A stretch of DNA of 64,000 bases from assembly GCA_027593235.1 (NCBI GenBank), contig JAQCIU010000001.1:64001-128000 (forward strand). The letters are read 5' to 3'. The notes under the pieces are model-generated. The model was not told the DNA's origin and did not search any database. It saw nothing but the letters and a program-made list of their open reading frames with translations. Both the position numbers and the translations under genes were made by a program. This document shows, piece by piece, positions 61,713 to 64,000 of this stretch. Positions within the stretch are counted from its first letter, which is position 1. Each line of letters starts with the position of its first letter. Origin of the DNA: Chloroflexota bacterium. Its GTDB lineage: Bacteria; Chloroflexota; Dehalococcoidia; UBA2979.

Positions 61713-63194
61713 ATGCCTGATGTGATCGTGGTCGGCGCGGGGAACGCGGCGATGTGCGCCGCACTGGCGGCGCGCGAGCGCGGCGCCGAGGTGGTGGTCC
61801 TCGAAAAGGCCGAACGCGGCGAGCGCGGCGGCAACACCTTCTTCACCGGCGGCGGCTACCGCTTCCCGTACCGCGGCATCGAGGACATCCAGGGGCTGAT
61901 CCCGGATCTGTCGGAGGCGGAGCTGGCACGCATCGATGTGGGTTCGTACCCGGAGTCGGAGATGCGCTCCGACCTGATGCGGGTGACGGAGAGCAAGGCC
62001 GATCCGGCGATGGTCGATCACCTGGTGACCCAGGCGTACCCCACGATGCGCTGGCTGCACGAGCAGCACGGCATGAAGTGGGTACTGATGTACGGCCGCC
62101 AGGCCTACGAGGTGGACGGCAAGCTGCGCTTCTGGGGCGGGATGATCACCGAGGGTGTCGGCGGCGGCGAAGGCATCTCGGAACAGGAGTTCGCGGCCGC
62201 CGAGCGCGCCGGCATCGAGATCCGCTACGGCGCGAAGGCGACGGCGCTGCTCACCGATGAGCACACCGGCCGGGTCACCGGCGTCCGCGTCCAGACCACG
62301 GGCCAGCTCGAGGACCTGCACGCGAAGTCCGTCGTCCTTGCCGCCGGCGGCTTCGAGGCGAACGTCGAGATGCGGACGCGCTACCTCGGGGCGGGTTGGG
62401 AGTTCGCGAAGGTACGCGGAACGCGACATAACACCGGCGAGGTGATTCGCCAGGCCCTCGAGATTGGGGCGCAGCCGTACGGGCACTGGTCGAGCGGGCA
62501 CGCCGTGGCGTGGGACCTCAATGCGCCGCCGACGGGCAACCGGCGGGTGGGCGACCTCTACCAGAAGCACTCGTACCCGCTGGGGCTGATCGTCAACATC
62601 AACGGCGACCGCTTCGTGGACGAGGGGGCGGACCTCCGCAACTACACCTACGCGAAATACGGCCGCGAGATCCTGAAGCAGCCGTACAGCGTGGCGTTCC
62701 AGCTCTTCGATCAGCAGACCGTGGCGATGCTCCGCGACGAGTACCGCATCCGCGAGATCACGAAGGGCGAGGGCGACACGATCGAGGCGCTCGCCGACAG
62801 CCTCGGGATCGAGGTCAACGGCCTCGTCAGCACCGTCGAGGCGTACAACGCTGCCTGCCAGCCCGGCGAGTTCAACCCGGCCGTCCGCGACGGCCTCCAC
62901 ACCGAGGGCATCGATCCGCCGAAGTCGAACTGGGCGCTGCCGCTGAACCAGCCCCCGTACTTCGGCGTCGCCGTCACCTGCGGCGTCACGTTCACCTTCG
63001 GCGGCCTCCGCATCGAGGCGAAGACGGCGCAGGTCCTCGATACGGAGGATCGCCCGATGCCGGGCCTCTACGCCGCGGGCGAGCTGGTCGGCGGGTTGTT
63101 CTACCACAACTACGCGGGCGGGACGGGGCTGATGTCAGGGTCGGTGTTTGGCCGTTCGGCGGGGTACGCGGCCGCGGAAGCGGCGCTCGCCTAG
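61713..63194 (+). CDS. tcuA: FAD-dependent tricarballylate dehydrogenase TcuA-like
   Basis: VVGAGNAAMCAA, GGNTFF, GGFEAN, RFVDEG, TFTFGGL and NYAGGTGL..GSVFGR motifs. Confidence 0.85.
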   Translation: MPDVIVVGAGNAAMCAALAARERGAEVVVLEKAERGERGGNTFFTGGGYRFPYRGIEDIQGLIPDLSEAELARIDVGSYPESEMRSDLMRVTESKADPAMVDHLVTQAYPTMRWLHEQHGMKWVLMYGRQAYEVDGKLRFWGGMITEGVGGGEGISEQEFAAAERAGIEIRYGAKATALLTDEHTGRVTGVRVQTTGQLEDLHAKSVVLAAGGFEANVEMRTRYLGAGWEFAKVRGTRHNTGEVIRQALEIGAQPYGHWSSGHAVAWDLNAPPTGNRRVGDLYQKHSYPLGLIVNINGDRFVDEGADLRNYTYAKYGREILKQPYSVAFQLFDQQTVAMLRDEYRIREITKGEGDTIEALADSLGIEVNGLVSTVEAYNAACQPGEFNPAVRDGLHTEGIDPPKSNWALPLNQPPYFGVAVTCGVTFTFGGLRIEAKTAQVLDTEDRPMPGLYAAGELVGGLFYHNYAGGTGLMSGSVFGRSAGYAAAEAALA

Positions 63195-63210
63195 CGGGTA
63201 GGTGCGGGGG

Positions 63211-63795
63211 CTACTCGCGGTCCAGCCATTTCTCGACATAGACGGGCTGGAACGCCTCGATGGCGGCGAGTAGGGCGGGGACATCGCCCTCGACGATCAG
63301 GGCGTCCCGCTGCGATTCGGCGAGGAAGCGCTCGCGGACCGCGCCGTCGATGAACTCCAGCAGCGGATCGAAGTAGCCAGCGATGTTGAAGAGCGCGCAC
63401 GGCTTCTGGTGCAGGCCGAGTTGTGACCACGTGAGCACTTCGAAGAACTCGTCGATCGTTCCGAAGCCGCCGGGCATCGCGACGAAGGCGTCCGACAACT
63501 CCACCATCATTGCCTTGCGCGCGTGCATGCAGTCGACCGTGTGAAGCTCGGTCAGCCCGGGGTGGGCGACCTCGTGGCTGACCAGCGATTCCGGGAGCAC
63601 GCCGATCACCTCGCCGCCGGCCTCCAGGGCGGCGTTGGCCAGGATGCCCATCAGCCCTACGTTCGCGCCGCCGTAGACCAGCCCCGTCCCGCGGCCGGCC
63701 AGCGCCACGCCGAGTGACTGAGCGGCGATGCGGTAGTCGTCGCGGCGGCCCGGACTGGATCCGGTGAAGACGCAGATGCGGCGAAGCGGGGCCAT
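63211..63795 (-). CDS. LOG family (TIGR00730) phosphoribohydrolase
   Basis: LVYGG..VGLMG, MHARKA, PGGFGTIDE and QLGLHQKP motifs. Confidence 0.93.
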   Translation of the reverse strand: MAPLRRICVFTGSSPGRRDDYRIAAQSLGVALAGRGTGLVYGGANVGLMGILANAALEAGGEVIGVLPESLVSHEVAHPGLTELHTVDCMHARKAMMVELSDAFVAMPGGFGTIDEFFEVLTWSQLGLHQKPCALFNIAGYFDPLLEFIDGAVRERFLAESQRDALIVEGDVPALLAAIEAFQPVYVEKWLDRE

Positions 63796-63935
63796 TTCTC
63801 CACCCAACGTTCGTCCGACCGCCGCTCGCCGCGTTGCGTGATCGGTCGTCCGAGGATGCGTGGAAGATCCGAACGGCGCACCTCACACCTCACTCCACCG
63901 CACGGTGTAGGCTCGCGAGGCGGAAGGGACTCTCC

Positions 63936-64000
63936 ATGGCCGAACCGGTCCAGTTCGGGCTGAATCGCTGGAACTTCAGTTCGCCTGCATCGTTCGCGCT
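63936..64000 (+). CDS. 5' start of a gene, possibly an LLM-class oxidoreductase (truncated by window)
   Basis: ATG after GAAGGGA; MAEPVQFGLNRW... Confidence 0.35.
   Translation, partial: MAEPVQFGLNRWNFSSPASFA

Overview
High-GC bacterial chromosomal window of about 60 genes. The gene repertoire (many Cys-lipoproteins, a NarL/HisKA_3 two-component pair, DinB-like, FAH and enoyl-CoA hydratase genes) and the frequent TAG stops suggest Chloroflexota/Dehalococcoidia or an actinobacterium-like organism; this is inference only. Recognisable genes include two M1 aminopeptidases, type II glutamine synthetase, SURF1, a YyaL-type thioredoxin-domain protein, D-amino-acid transaminase, ArgE, TcuA, LOG, an ECF42-type sigma factor with its DGPF partner and matching promoter, and a TPP-riboswitch-controlled thiamine/HMP ABC operon. 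I found no tRNA, rRNA, CRISPR array or transposase. Most notable observations: (1) an unannotated 45-aa RiPP/lasso-precursor-like peptide (YxxP leader, two-Cys core) in a lower-GC islet at 51602-51739; (2) four genes with internal in-frame TAG codons plus four frameshifts, most simply explained by assembly error or decay; (3) a small cUUCGg-hairpin repeat family sitting directly after stop codons; (4) a PadR cassette between 1,200-bp-spaced direct repeats of the ECF42/tag junction; (5) a shared 37-bp operator-like element linking a two-component locus to cupredoxin-like lipoproteins.
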